The notes beneath the pieces are model-generated. The model was not told the origin of the DNA, searched no databases, and saw only the letters and a program-made list of their open reading frames with translations. The translations under genes and the position numbers were made by a program. Shown in pieces: positions 26,941 to 39,620 of a stretch of DNA of 59,707 nt. Within the stretch, counting starts at the first letter, position 1. Every line of letters starts with the position of its first letter. Origin of the DNA: Octopus bimaculoides (lineage: Eukaryota); contig NC_068992.1 in assembly GCF_001194135.2 (NCBI RefSeq), positions 50,033,968 through 50,093,674 on the forward strand. The letters are read 5' to 3'.

Positions 26941-27148
26941 TGGACGTGATTGAGAAAGATCTCCAGAGTTTCGACGTCCCCTTGAAGGATGCAGAAGGTG
27001 CTGGTACAGGACCACCGCCAGTGATGGAGAGCACTGGTGGACCTGGTCGACTCTACGCATGATGACGTCTCTGGGACCTCTAACGTGGACTGACCCTCAT
27101 CCCCATCAAGTAAGAGCATGAAGCCAAGTGAAGCAGCCAAGCAAGCCA
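26941..27148 (+). mobile_element. RTE-type LINE 3' end fragment
   Basis: Encodes DVIEKDLQSFDVPLKDA then, after a frameshift, LVQDHRQ*WRALVDLV (W.D...DL...QDR..WR.LV is the RTE C-terminal pattern); short-repeat aagcc tail. Confidence 0.6.
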
Positions 27149-27343
27149 ATGTTTATTAATTAATCTACAGACGAAAGGGGTTATAAAATGTTGATACACC
27201 CAGACGTTATCTCCCTTGAACGCTGGTTTTAATATGAAAACTAATGGCAAAGTGTTAAAAGTGTTATAAATTTACGTGAATCTAAGAACAAGACTATTTT
27301 TAACACACTATGGTACGTTGCATGATGCTATAATAATAATAAT

Positions 27344-27570
27344 CCTTTCTACTGGAAGCACGAGGCCTCAAATTTGGGGGAAGGTGTTAAGTCGATTACA
27401 TCGACCCCAGTGCGTAACTGGTACTAATTTTATCGACTCCGAAAAAAAAAAAAAAAAGAACGAAAGGCAAAGTTGACATCGACGGAATTTGAACTCAGAA
27501 CGTAACGGCAGACGAAATACCGCTAAGCATTTCGCCTGGCTTGCTAACGATTCTGCCAGCTCGCAGCCTT
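27344..27570 (-). mobile_element. SINE family B flanked by (AAT)n on both sides
   Basis: taataataataat|cctttct...ccagctcgcagcctt|aacaataataataat. Confidence 0.85.
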
Positions 27571-28009
27571 AACAATAATAATAATAATAATAATGAGAAT
27601 AATGATGATGATGACGACGACGACGACGATAAAATACAGCACTTAGATGCACTATAACAAAAAAAAAAGGAAAAAAAAAAGAAAAGATAAGAAAAAGGCA
27701 TTAGGCGCAGTGTTGGCGAATTTCAGGAAGCATGGAAGTATTCCCGGATTCTAGAAGCCGCATAAGAGGTCCGGTTTTACACCCCCACCCACACTTTGTA
27801 ACAAGAAGATGAAATGAACAGGATTTAATTACTTTTGTGATTAAAGCCAGTTCGTTCCTGTTTTTAAAATATTCTGACACGAATTCTGCGTACACCAACA
27901 GACTTCCACATGTCAAGTTAAAGAAGTAATCCGGCTGTATGATGACATATGGTAGCCAATAACAGCATAGGAGCTTTGCAATGCCCGTTATGTGGTCATT
28001 ATCGAGATG

Positions 28010-28184
28010 AGTGGCTGTGTGGTAAGTAGCTTGCTTACCAACCACATGGTTCCGGGTTCAGTCCGACTGCTTGGCACCTTGGGCAAGTGTCTTCTACTAT
28101 AGCCTCGGGCCGACCAAAGCCTTGTGAGTGGATTTGGTAGACGGAAACTGAAAGAAGCCCGTCGCATATATGTATGTATGTATA
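28010..28184 (+). mobile_element. SINE family A, 5' half (cut by gap)
   Basis: gagtggctgtgtggtaagtagcttgcttaccaaccacatggttccgggttcagtcc...ggcaccttgggcaagtgtctt. Confidence 0.88.
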
Positions 28185-29113
28185 NNNNNNNNNNNNNNNN
28201 NNNNNNNNNNNNNNNNNNNNNNNNNNNNNNNNNNNNNNNNNNNNNNNNNNNNNNNNNNNNNNNNNNNNNNNNNNNNNNNNNNNNNNNNNNNNNNNNNNNN
28301 NNNNNNNNNNNNNNNNNNNNNNNNNNNNNNNNNNNNNNNNNNNNNNNNNNNNNNNNNNNNNNNNNNNNNNNNNNNNNNNNNNNNNNNNNNNNNNNNNNNN
28401 NNNNNNNNNNNNNNNNNNNNNNNNNNNNNNNNNNNNNNNNNNNNNNNNNNNNNNNNNNNNNNNNNNNNNNNNNNNNNNNNNNNNNNNNNNNNNNNNNNNN
28501 NNNNNNNNNNNNNNNNNNNNNNNNNNNNNNNNNNNNNNNNNNNNNNNNNNNNNNNNNNNNNNNNNNNNNNNNNNNNNNNNNNNNNNNNNNNNNNNNNNNN
28601 NNNNNNNNNNNNNNNNNNNNNNNNNNNNNNNNNNNNNNNNNNNNNNNNNNNNNNNNNNNNNNNNNNNNNNNNNNNNNNNNNNNNNNNNNNNNNNNNNNNN
28701 NNNNNNNNNNNNNNNNNNNNNNNNNNNNNNNNNNNNNNNNNNNNNNNNNNNNNNNNNNNNNNNNNNNNNNNNNNNNNNNNNNNNNNNNNNNNNNNNNNNN
28801 NNNNNNNNNNNNNNNNNNNNNNNNNNNNNNNNNNNNNNNNNNNNNNNNNNNNNNNNNNNNNNNNNNNNNNNNNNNNNNNNNNNNNNNNNNNNNNNNNNNN
28901 NNNNNNNNNNNNNNNNNNNNNNNNNNNNNNNNNNNNNNNNNNNNNNNNNNNNNNNNNNNNNNNNNNNNNNNNNNNNNNNNNNNNNNNNNNNNNNNNNNNN
29001 NNNNNNNNNNNNNNNNNNNNNNNNNNNNNNNNNNNNNNNNNNNNNNNNNNNNNNNNNNNNNNNNNNNNNNNNNNNNNNNNNNNNNNNNNNNNNNNNNNNN
29101 NNNNNNNNNNNNN

Positions 29114-29397
29114 CACAGACACGTGTACCCTTAACGTAGTTCTCGGGGATATTCAGCGTGACACAGTGTGACAAGGCTGACCCTTTGAATTACAGGCACA
29201 ACAGAAACAGGAAGAAAGAGTGAGAGAATGTTGTGGTGAAAGAGTACAGCAGGGTTCGCCACCATCCCCTGCCGGAGCCTCGTGGAGCTTTAGGTGTTTT
29301 CGCTCAATAAACACTCACAACGCCCGGTCTGGGAATCGAAACCGCGATCCTACGATCACGAGTCCGCTGCCCTAACCACTGGGCCATTGCGCCTCCA
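29114..29397 (-). mobile_element. SINE family D (3' end in gap)
   Basis: Well-preserved tRNA-like head GGAGGCGCAATGGCCCAGTGGTTAGGGCAGCGG...GGTTTCGATTCCC; colinear with 58694-59079. Confidence 0.88.
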
Positions 29398-29943
29398 GCC
29401 AAGACAAAGAATAACTCTTTTACAAAAAGCAAAAAACTGCGAAAATGTAACGAAGCGAACAATGCGAGATTAGGTTCTAAGGGAGATAACTGTCAATAAC
29501 AGTTACATTGTGTCGAGTAATTATTTTCTGGAGTATTTGGTAGCCGATTGGATGGACAGACCGTAAACAAATGCATTATTAGTACACACATACACACAAA
29601 TAAAAATATTACACATACACACAAATAAAAATATTACACACACACACACACACACAATGTATTCACACATATGCACATAAACACAAAGTGAAAGCAAGCT
29701 AAGTGTGAACACTTCGGGACAAAACTCTTTCAATATCATGAAGCAAATAGAGTTTTGGCCACACCACTAATTTTGATAATTTGTTGGCAACATTAACCGT
29801 GATTATAATAAATGAGCCGTCGGATAAATGTAGCGCGCGCGCGCACACACACACTTTAAAGACTCAGCGGACAGCTTCAGTAGCGTTGTAGCCATAAGCT
29901 GATAGCTTCTGTACATATACGTGTGTGCGTGTGCATTACATAT

Positions 29944-29977
<34 letters not shown>

Positions 29978-30619
29978 ACATACATATTTATATATACATA
30001 CATACATACATACATATATATGATGGCCGTCCACTTGTGACCGAGGAAGACCATTGCCGACCGTCAGGAACATTGTGCACTCTAGGACTAACTTTTATAT
30101 TTTGCATTTGTGGCTCCNNNNNNNNNNNNNNNNNNNNNNNNNNNNNNNNNNNNNNNNNNNNNNNNNNNNNNNNNNNNNNNNNNNNNNNNNNNNNNNNNNN
30201 NNNNNNNNNNNNNNNNNNNNNNNNNNNNNNNNNNNNNNNNNNNNNNNNNNNNNNNNNNNNNNNNNNNNNNNNNNNNNNNNNNNNNNNNNNNNNNNNNNNN
30301 NNNNNNNNNNNNNNNNNNNNNNNNNNNNNNNNNNNNNNNNNNNNNNNNNNNNNNNNNNNNNNNNNNNNNNNNNNNNNNNNNNNNNNNNNNNNNNNNNNNN
30401 NNNNNNNNNNNNNNNNNNNNNNNNNNNNNNNNNNNNNNNNNNNNNNNNNNNNNNNNNNNNNNNNNNNNNNNNNNNNNNNNNNNNNNNNNNNNNNNNNNNN
30501 NNNNNNNNNNNNNNNNNNNNNNNNNNNNNNNNNACACACACACACACACACACATACATATATAGGCCAGAAAAAGAGCGTAATATTGATTTCAAATTCT
30601 GGCAAAAAGCCAGTAGGTT

Positions 30620-30795
30620 TGGGGGAGGGGATACGTCAAATTGACCCCAGTGTTCAAATGGTGTTTATTTTATCGTCCATGAAATGATGAAAGGCAATTT
30701 TACCTCAGCAGAAATTGAACTCAGGACATACCACATGAAATGCCACTAAGCATTTTTTCCAGCGTACCAACAATTCTGATAGGTCACTGCCTTGA
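30620..30795 (-). mobile_element. Degenerate SINE family B
   Basis: ttgaccccagtg...tttatcg...aaaggcaa...ttgaactcag...cactaagcattt. Confidence 0.65.
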
Positions 30796-31789
30796 AAGAG
30801 CATAGTATTCAATAGTAAAACAATGCCAAACCAGCTTTTAATAATTTGCTCAGTACATGCTGGAGATAACTTCAAGTATGCTTCAGACTCACTACTGTCT
30901 TTAGCAAAGTATTTAATCCACCATAGTAGCTGAAGCTATGATGAGCGAACACATGTAAAATTTGTACACAAATGTAAGTGGGAAAACTTTTAGATGCTGA
31001 AAATAAATCACTAACTGTAGCATCTCTGAGCAATTAACATGTAACTAATTTTTAAATGATAATTAATTGTGTGTGGTTCATCTACATTAATTAATTCTCA
31101 AACAACTGTTTACCTCTCTTTTAAAATGGTGACTTTACCTACAGGTATCTCTTTCTATATTCTATATAAAGAACATGGAATAAAGCAGTTTGTTTTAGGT
31201 TTTACTGGTTATTGTTGTTGTTGCTTAGTTTCAAACAAGCTTTGATCAAGCTAAGCTATGACCAAACCATCGCCCCCCCCCCACCACCACACAGTGGTCA
31301 ACAGGTACTTATTTTATTGACCCTAAAAGCATTTGAACTCAGAACGTAAATTTGGAAGAAATGCTGCTGGACCTTTTTCTCGGTGCCGTGACAATTGCCA
31401 GCCTTAAACTCACTTACACAGATTGGCATTTTAGTTTATTGATCACAGAAAAGCAAAAAGTAAAGCTGACCAGAGTCGGATTTGAACATTGAATGGTAAA
31501 GAGATAACCAAATAAATATCACAATATATTTTGTCTGCTGCTCTACCAGTTCTGCCATCTGCCATGCTTTTTAATGTGTGTGATTGTATTAACATGAAAA
31601 GGATATTGAATTTCTTACACAATCAAATCTTGAACACACAGGTTGTCTGTCTATCACACTGTATAGCAGTGATGGGGGACATTGTTGGCAGTTTGTTGTT
31701 CATTAGAGAAAATATTCTTTAATTTCATGAAGTGGCTTTAACGAATAATGGAGAGATTGAAGCATCAACCTTGGAAATTGGTAATTTAG

Positions 31790-32300
31790 AAGTGAAAAAC
31801 GATGACACAGAAGCTGGGGTAAAGAAACAATGGAAGACGAAAATGAAGATGATAAAGATGAAAAAGAGGAAGAGGATAACAAAGAAAAAGAAAAGAATGA
31901 GAAGCACAGCAACGAAGAAGAAGGACAAGAACGAAGACACGAAGAGAAGGATGATAATAACAAGAAGAAAAGAACAAGAAAAAAAAAGAAAAGAACAAGA
32001 AAAGATGAAGAAAAGAACAAGAAAAGATGAAGAAAAGAACAAGAAAAGATGAAGAAAAAGACAACAATGGACATGGATATGAGATATGAAGATAAAAAAT
32101 TTAGATGAAAACAGAGACAATGAAGATGTCCAAGAAAAAATATTTTAAAAAATAGAATAAAAAAAATGAAAATCTCAAGAAGATAGAAAGAAAAGAGGAA
32201 ATTGAAGATAAAAAGAATGGTAAGACACACTGAAGAAGAAAAACAAAAATTGAATACTGAAAAAGAAAAACCAAAAAAGAAAAATATCTCAATGATATTC
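31790..32300. repeat. Degenerate (GAA)n purine-rich low-complexity tract
   Basis: gaagaa/aagaacaagaaaagat repeats; explains the K/E-rich and F/S/L-rich ORF-track entries. Confidence 0.8.
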
Positions 32301-32780
32301 CTAAATGAAAAGGGACGTGAGAGTGGGGAGAATTATTGAGAAGTCTAAGAATTCAGTTCTTGTTCTTCAGAGATAATTCTATGTTGGTGGTATATAAAAG
32401 GATTTATTATTTCAGTGTTTATGGTATAAAATCTGATTTCTTTTAAAATTTCTGGAGATTAAATAATCACCCATCCCAGCACCATCTCATCTCATTTCAT
32501 TTTTAATTCTTGCGAATATCTTAAGTCAATATATGTCTGAGTGTTATGGGATGACTTGGGATGGGAGATAAGGTACCATCGTGTCAGGAGATGGATTCAG
32601 ATGTATGAAAGAAGAGGGTGAGTGGGAAGATAAGGAAAGGTGGTTGGAGGAAAGAAAAATTGAGGAAGAAATAGAGAGAGAAATGGACAATGAGAGAAAA
32701 TGGGAAAGAAAAAGCAAAGAAGAACCAGGAGGGGTAAGAAGTAAGAGAGAGAGTGTTTTCAGAGGTATGAGAGAGAAATG

Positions 32781-33225
32781 GGGTGTTGTATGATGAAACA
32801 GTGTGAAATGATGTGTTGTCTGATGAAAAAGTCTGGAATGACGAGCGCAGAGTGATGTCTTGTATGATAAAACAGTGTGAAATGGTGTCTTGTATGACGA
32901 AACTGTGGAATGGTGTCTCATATGATGAAACTGTGTGGAATGGTGTGTTGTATGATGAAAGTGTATGAAATGGTATGATGTAATGATAAAAGATGTGGAA
33001 TGTTGTGTTGTCTGATGAAAGAGTGAAATGGTGTGTTGTATGAACAACATGTTTAGAATGGTATGTTGTCTAATGAAAGAGTATGGAATGTTGTGTTGTA
33101 TGATGAATGTGTATAAAATGGTATGTCATTTGATGAAAGTGAGTGGAATGGTATGCTGTCTGATGAAAGAGTGTGAAATAGTGCATTGTCTGAGGAAAGA
33201 ATTTGGAATGGTGCATTGTATGATG
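32781..33225. repeat. Minisatellite, about 15 degenerate units of 28-30 bp
   Basis: Units like gtgttgtatgatgaaagagtgtggaatg repeated head to tail without unique spacers. Confidence 0.85.
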
Positions 33226-33907
33226 TAATAAAGAGCAATAGGAAGATAGACTATTTACAAACTAGAGAGAGAGAGAGAGAAGTAAATTTATTTCACTATG
33301 GTGCTATGATTTAAAATATATCAGCATTTCACAGAAATCAATAATTGGTAATTGTTACATGAAATTTAGACGTTGCTGTGTGCGTGTGTTTGTTTCCTTT
33401 GTGTCATTATATGTATAGATGTGTATGTGTGCTTTCATATCTATAAGTCAATGTGAGTGTGGATGTGTAGGAGTGGGTGCTTTTGTGTATGCGTGCATAT
33501 GTGGAGTTATATGCGTAGGTGTAGGTGTGTGTGTGTATGTGTGGCTGTGATTTTATGTATGAGTGTAGGTGGTATATCTGTCTGATTTAGTACTTATTTC
33601 TAATGCTCTTCTTTAATCCCTTTCAAAGTGTTCATTGCTTGAAGCAAAGCCAAGAGAATGACATCAAGACAGATTAAACACTAGCCAGCCATTTATAGCC
33701 ATACCTCATCATGGCACCAACATCAGTGCTTCTTACATGGCACTAACATCAGAGCTTCTTATTTGGCACCTTGCATTGGTGCCATATAAAGATAATGCAT
33801 GATCAATTCAAATCCATGTGAATAAATAAGCATTACATTTGACAGAATAATGTGAATGCTAAAAGGTTAAAAAAAATTTAATGAATTGAATAAATGTAAG
33901 AACTCAC

Positions 33908-34031
33908 CAACAAATTCAGCAGTTCCCATCATGGCACGACTATCAATGCCAGGTTTTAATTTCCGTGACAATCCAAAGTCTATCAACTTGATTCTCTGAC
34001 TTGTCTGGTTTACCATGAGGATATTTTCTGG
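33908..34031 (-). CDS. DAPK1: DAPK-like exon (124 nt): DFG and activation segment
   Basis: tttcacag|CCA GAA AAT...TTT GTT G|gtgagt; encodes PENILMVNQTSQRIKLIDFGLSRKLKPGIDSRAMMGTAEFV. Confidence 0.96.
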
Positions 34032-34307
34032 CTGTGAAATAAGAAAAATGAAACTGAAAAATCTGTTAATTTTAGGCCCAAAACTATCATTTTCAAAGAT
34101 GGTTCTAGAAAGCACAAAATATATGATATGAAATATGAATCGCTCCCAAACCATCTCTGTTTCTAGAGATACTAAACTGGCTGTTTTAAAGTATTCATAT
34201 TTAAATCTAAAACTTTATGATAGAGAAACTGGTTAGATAAGAGACAGGGTCCAAATGTACAGAAAGCAAATGACAAAGACAGATGATGGAATAACAAGCA
34301 GGCGCAT

Positions 34308-34530
34308 TAGTTTGACACTCAGGGAAGAGTGGAAAAGTCTTTGACCTTTCGAGCCTATGCTCTTTAGCAGAAAGGGATCAGAGGAAAAAAATGTGCTGAG
34401 CTTAATGGTTTCAAAAACTTTTCAGTTTTTCTCTGAGCGTCAAACTAATACACCTGTTTGTTGTTCCCTCTTTTGTTTTCTGTACATTCCTAAAGGAATT
34501 ATTGCAAAATTTCATATTCTTGGTGTTTAT
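34308..34530 (-). mobile_element. Penelope-like terminal-repeat fragment containing a decayed minimal hammerhead (34339-34374)
   Basis: Minus strand CUUU-CUGCUAA-A-GAGC(AUAG)GCUC-GAAA-G-GUC-AAAG: stems I and II pair, core has substitutions. Confidence 0.5.
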
Positions 34531-35444
34531 AAGCTTGACTTTTTTTAAAAAGATTATTATTCATTTACTTATTAAAAAAAAGTTCCTACTTATGTAAAAT
34601 ATTTGAAAATGTCATATTTCCAATTTTTATCCACCTGTCTTTTTTTTATGACATTATTATTAAATTACTAAGCGGCCTAAGCCTAGGGATAAAATGACAA
34701 AAAAATATTTGTTCAATGCGGCCTCTATGAGGGGTGATAAATTATAAGGTGGTCTTCATGAACAAAAAGGTTCCCCACCCCTGGCCTAGAGCTATAGAGT
34801 AAGACACTAAGACACTCACTGAAGGCATTGAACTCAAAACCATGTGGTTGGGAAGTAAACTTCTTAACCACCCAAGATGCCAGGTGATGGTGTTAAACCA
34901 GACGACATGTTAATTCTACCTATCATGAAGGTCCATGGCAAGGTTTAAACTCAGAATGCAATTAAGGTGTAACAAATACCATGAGGCATCTTACAGTTCC
35001 ATCATCTCACTGCCTTGGTTCGCACTTCCTTTTTTCTTAATCCCTAAAGGATGAAAGGCAGAGTTGACCTTGGTGGGATTTGAACACAAAGTGCAGAGAG
35101 TCAGAACAAGTACTGTGAAGCATTCTGCCTAATGCACTAATGATTATGCCAATTCACCATTTATATATATATATATATAGCCTGAAGATTGCATGAAGGC
35201 TCCACATAAGTTATAAAATGTTGTCCGTGTCGTTTTCATTAGTAGCTTATTAAAATATATACTGTTTTCATTAAGCAATATTTATCTCTCACCAAATGGA
35301 GTACTCTTTGTGTTGACCTTACCTTCATGGAACAGTATTCTATATAACAAATACTTTAGGACTTTATTTATTAACTGCAGAAAGATAAAAGACATGCTTG
35401 AAGAAATATAACTAAATACAAAGCATTTTGTCTGTCACGTCTTA

Positions 35445-35657
<213 letters not shown>

Positions 35658-35984
35658 TCAGTAGAAATTGAACCTTTCAAGAATGGTGACACATTTGGCA
35701 ATAAAACTTAACACAAACAGAGTAGAGTATAGGATCTAGGGACCAGGCATACTGTACTTGCTTGTGATCATCTGTAAGAGAATGCTATTTCAAGGAAAGT
35801 AGTCAAAACGAAGTGTTGGAATACTAACTGAAGGAATTTTGCTTCACATCTTATCATTGGCACTGTGCTGTGTCTGTAGCCAGATAAATAACTTTCTAGA
35901 GGCCCAGTCCATCTAGCCGCAAGAAGTATGGTTCAGAACAACCCATGATATATTTTATTGATTTGAATCTCTTTCTCTTCCCAA

Positions 35985-36347
35985 CAATCACCAGTATGCA
36001 GGGCTGTATTATCAGCATTATGGAACCTTATATAAGTGTCATATCACTTGTGAGGTCTCTCACGAGTGCTACTAGTAACATGGAATCCAGTACATGTTTT
36101 GAGACACAGCAAACACTCAGATTGATGCCCAAACACTCTGAAATATTTGTATTGGAGCTTCTGGGATGAATGCCAAGCAGTACAGCATGTGGTTTCCAAA
36201 TTTCTGGCAGAGTGAATTGTATCATAGTGCTGTTTTTGTCACAGACAGTGCCAAACTGACTCTACTATACTGTGTAGTCAACAAAATCAAAAACAAACAA
36301 TGTTCATGCACGAAATTAAAAATATAAAATGGCGACAATTGCACCCT

Positions 36348-36350
<3 letters not shown>
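35985..36350 (-). mobile_element. maT-like element 5' end (terminus plus transposase N-terminus)
   Basis: Terminus cagggtgcaattgtcgccatttt; MIQFTLPEIWKPHAVLLGI is homologous to 18880-18940. Confidence 0.75.
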
Positions 36351-36405
<55 letters not shown>

Positions 36406-36413
36406 TTTTTTTA

Positions 36414-36822
36414 GGCGTAGGAGTGGCTGTGTGGTAAGTAGCTTGCCTACGAACCACATGGTCCTGGGTTCAGTCTCACTGCGTGGCACCTTGGGCAAGT
36501 GTCTTCTACTATAGCCTCGGGCTGACCAAAGCCTTGTGAGTGGATTTGGTAGACGGAAACTGAAAGAAGCCCGTCGTATATATGTATATATATATATGCG
36601 TGTGTGTGTGTGTGTTTGCGTGTCTGTGTTTGTCCCCCAACATCGCTTGGCAACCGATGCTGGTGTGTTTACGTCCCTGTAACTTAGCGGTTCGGCAAAA
36701 GAGACTGATAGAATAAGTACTAGGCTTACAAAGAATAAGTCCTGGGGTCGATTTGCTCGACTAAAGGCGGTGCTCCAGCATGGCCGCAGTCAAATGACTG
36801 AAACAAGTAAAAGAGTAAAAGA
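36414..36822 (+). mobile_element. Full-length SINE family A (tRNA-like head, CORE-like motif, internal microsatellite)
   Basis: ggcgtaggagtggctgtgtggtaag...gggttcagtc...ggcaccttgggcaagtgtctt (CCTTGGGCAAGT resembles the CORE-SINE motif)...tail gactgaaacaagtaaaagagtaaaaga. Further copies or fragments at about 316-430, 6960-7130, 13150-13340, 22285-22335, 40050-40160, 40410-40550, 44835-45270 and 56950-57110. Confidence 0.9.
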
Positions 36823-37211
36823 ATATATACATATATATATATATATATAGATAACAGAAGGCCGAAATCCTTTCTGTCTCTGAACTGGAAACTCTAAATT
36901 ACATAATATTCTGCGCAGTTATTGCGATGCTTTGCAAGGAGGTGGTGGTGGTGAAATAGGATGGAAAACAGAGGAATGGCCATTCCTTCCTATTTGTAGC
37001 TTGTGTGTACAACATAGGCTTAAAGTTCTCTATTTGCTCCCAACCTCACTACCTCTTTTCCTCCCTCTCTCTCTCCCTCTTGCACACACACACACACACA
37101 CATGCATACACAATCACAAACACTAATAGTACAACTTAAAGTACCACTGATATTACTAATACTTCTAGCTCCATCACTATCACAAGACAATTGTTGCTAG
37201 ATTTCACATGA

Positions 37212-37259
<48 letters not shown>

Positions 37260-37514
37260 TGAGAGAGAGAGTGAGAGAGAGAGAGAGAGAGTGAGAGAGA
37301 GAGAGAGTGAGAGAGAGAGAGTGAGTGAGAGTGGGTTGTGTGACTTACTTTTAGCGGAGTGCTAACAATTGGTTTTTATGGTGCCATCTAATGTGTGCTA
37401 TACACTCCTAACTCACCAATACACATGTAATTATATATACACACATATATATATACATACATACACATATATATCCATACATACACATATATATCCATAC
37501 ATACACATATATAT

Positions 37515-37592
<78 letters not shown>

Positions 37593-39049
37593 GCATACCT
37601 ATGTATGTAGGTGCATATAATGCTTTTATATATAGCTTCATTGTCTCTTAGATGAACACAAGGCATGTAATAATGTTTTATATTGTGTAACAGTTCATAC
37701 TTTATTTTCCACCCCCATGGGTATTGCGTGACATAACTATGAATCTAAATCATGTGGGTAGACTAATTCTATAAACTGTAACATTTGCAATAGCATTTTG
37801 GCTTCAGGTCAGAGGCAATTGTTGTCTGAGACAACTGCAGGAGAAGTACTTTGGCTAAGAGTAAGCCACTACAGCTCATACTCTTCAACCTGAAGAAGGC
37901 CTTTGACTGAGTTCTGAATTCTGCATCTTGATGGTTAGCAGCAAAAGGAAACTGATGGTGGGATGTGACACTTTTCCTGTTGCCAGCTGTCACCTGTTTC
38001 CAAATATGGTAACAATCATCCTAGTCTATTGAACAATGAACAGCCAAGACATACTTTCACAGAGAGCTCCAACCAAAGAACACCATTTCATAAATTCAGC
38101 AGCTTGCAACAGTCAAGAAACTGGGACATGTTTACATGCATACACACACAATGGGCTTCTTCTAGTTTTCAGCTGATTTCAACTCACAACTATAGTAAAA
38201 GACACAGCTTCCATGCAGTGGGACAACTGGTCTTCCATAAATGCTTGGGTGACTACTGGTCTTCTATAAACGACCTTGCCCGGACTTGTGCCTTGGAGGG
38301 GAACTTTCTTGGTGCAATCCCATGGTCCTTCATGACCAAAGGGGATCTTTACCCTTTACTTTAAAGATATAATATCTATACAAATACACAGTACCTTATC
38401 CAAATATTTATCTAATATGACTTGCTAGAAATGTAGCTGTGTGTTGGCATGAATACCTTGTTGTTGTTTGCTCCCACTCCTGGTCTGATTTTATTGAGCA
38501 GACTTATGGTCAAAGGTATTTCAGTTGTGGCCAGTTAGTCTTTTCAAAACTATGTAGGATTGTATTATCTAAAGTATTCTTCTCTTTTTAAAATAATCCG
38601 AGTTTGATTTAAGGAGGAGACTTAGCTGTTATTTCTAGTTAATTGAATGACTATATAGTAGCAGCTCCCTTGTTGGTTATCTTGCTTCTTTAGAACTGTC
38701 AATTCTCTGTAACAGTTTCATGAATGACTGTCTTCCTGTCGAAGGAAGTTGATATCACAACTGTTTAATGCCATGGGAACTGAGATCAGATGGCAACAAC
38801 CAGAGGTAGAAATTAAGAAAAAAAACAAAAAAAACTTGAGATAGTATCATCATCATGACTATAATAACCATCATCATCATCAATAGTGTGACATTTATTT
38901 TCTTCCATGCTGGCATGGATGAGACAGGTCATTTTCATTAAGGTTATGTCCAGTGCAGTGCTAACTAGGTCATGTAACTCATTGAAAAACCTTCCTAATA
39001 TCACATACAACAAAAACCAGTCTGCATAACTATTGTTCATACAATAAGC

Positions 39050-39620
39050 GGATCTTTTTTAAAACGGGGGCCACATTTTTCATTAACGAAAGACTTTGAA
39101 ACTTGGAACACTGGTAGAATGTGTCATATAAAACATCTTTTTCTCTTAGTCTTCTTAAAAAAAAAAAAGAAATCCATAAGTTTTTCCATGTTAAAGTTGT
39201 CGTATTTCTGTAATTTCAACCAATCACTGACATCCATTCAGCCGATATACATTAAGTGCCGACTACATAAACAAACGATTCTGAAACAATTAACCCTAAC
39301 CCTAACCCTAGGGTTTAGGGTTAGGGTTAAAGCAAATTTAAAATGAAAAAAGCAAATAAAACGAAGGTATGGAGATTAAATACGCTTTACATCGCTTAAT
39401 CAGCCAAAGGAGTAAATGTAAACAATTGAATACTTGTCAGTGATTGGTTGAAATTATCGAAATAAGACAATTTTTTACATGAAATAAATTCGAATACAAA
39501 AATATTTTTCTGTTCTATAACACAAAATAGATAAGTATACGAAGTTTGAAAGTCTTTCCGTACCAAAAACACTACGTAAAACATTAATGAAAAATGTGGC
39601 CCCCGTTTTAAAATAGATCC
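39050..39620. mobile_element. Merlin-like MITE (571 bp) with 37-bp TIRs and 8-bp TSD
   Basis: TIR ggatct(t/a)ttttaaaacgggggccacatttttcattaa at both ends (1 mismatch); caataagc at 39042-39049 and 39621-39628. Terminal GG with an 8-bp TSD fits the Merlin superfamily (assignment is inference). Confidence 0.85.

Noticed and set aside
29320-29397. tRNA gene (also 9960-10035, 59000-59079 and 15326-15395)
   Set aside because: A and B boxes continue directly into a shared SINE body, and I could not build a clean cloverleaf; these are SINE heads.
31732-32052. 106-aa K/E-rich ORF MALTNNGEIE... as a nested antisense gene
   Set aside because: It runs into a degenerate (GAA)n tract, has no recognisable domain and no supporting splice structure.
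32781-33225. About 29-bp repeats as a CRISPR array
   Set aside because: Units are contiguous and degenerate with no unique spacers; eukaryotic intron; no cas genes.
35180-35230. CTGAAGA (+) here and CTGATGA (minus, about 49175) as hammerheads
   Set aside because: No properly placed stem II followed by GAAA and no stem I pairing.
39290-39330. Chromosome end-to-end fusion scar
   Set aside because: Only three repeats per side, and it lies inside a MITE with TIRs and a TSD.
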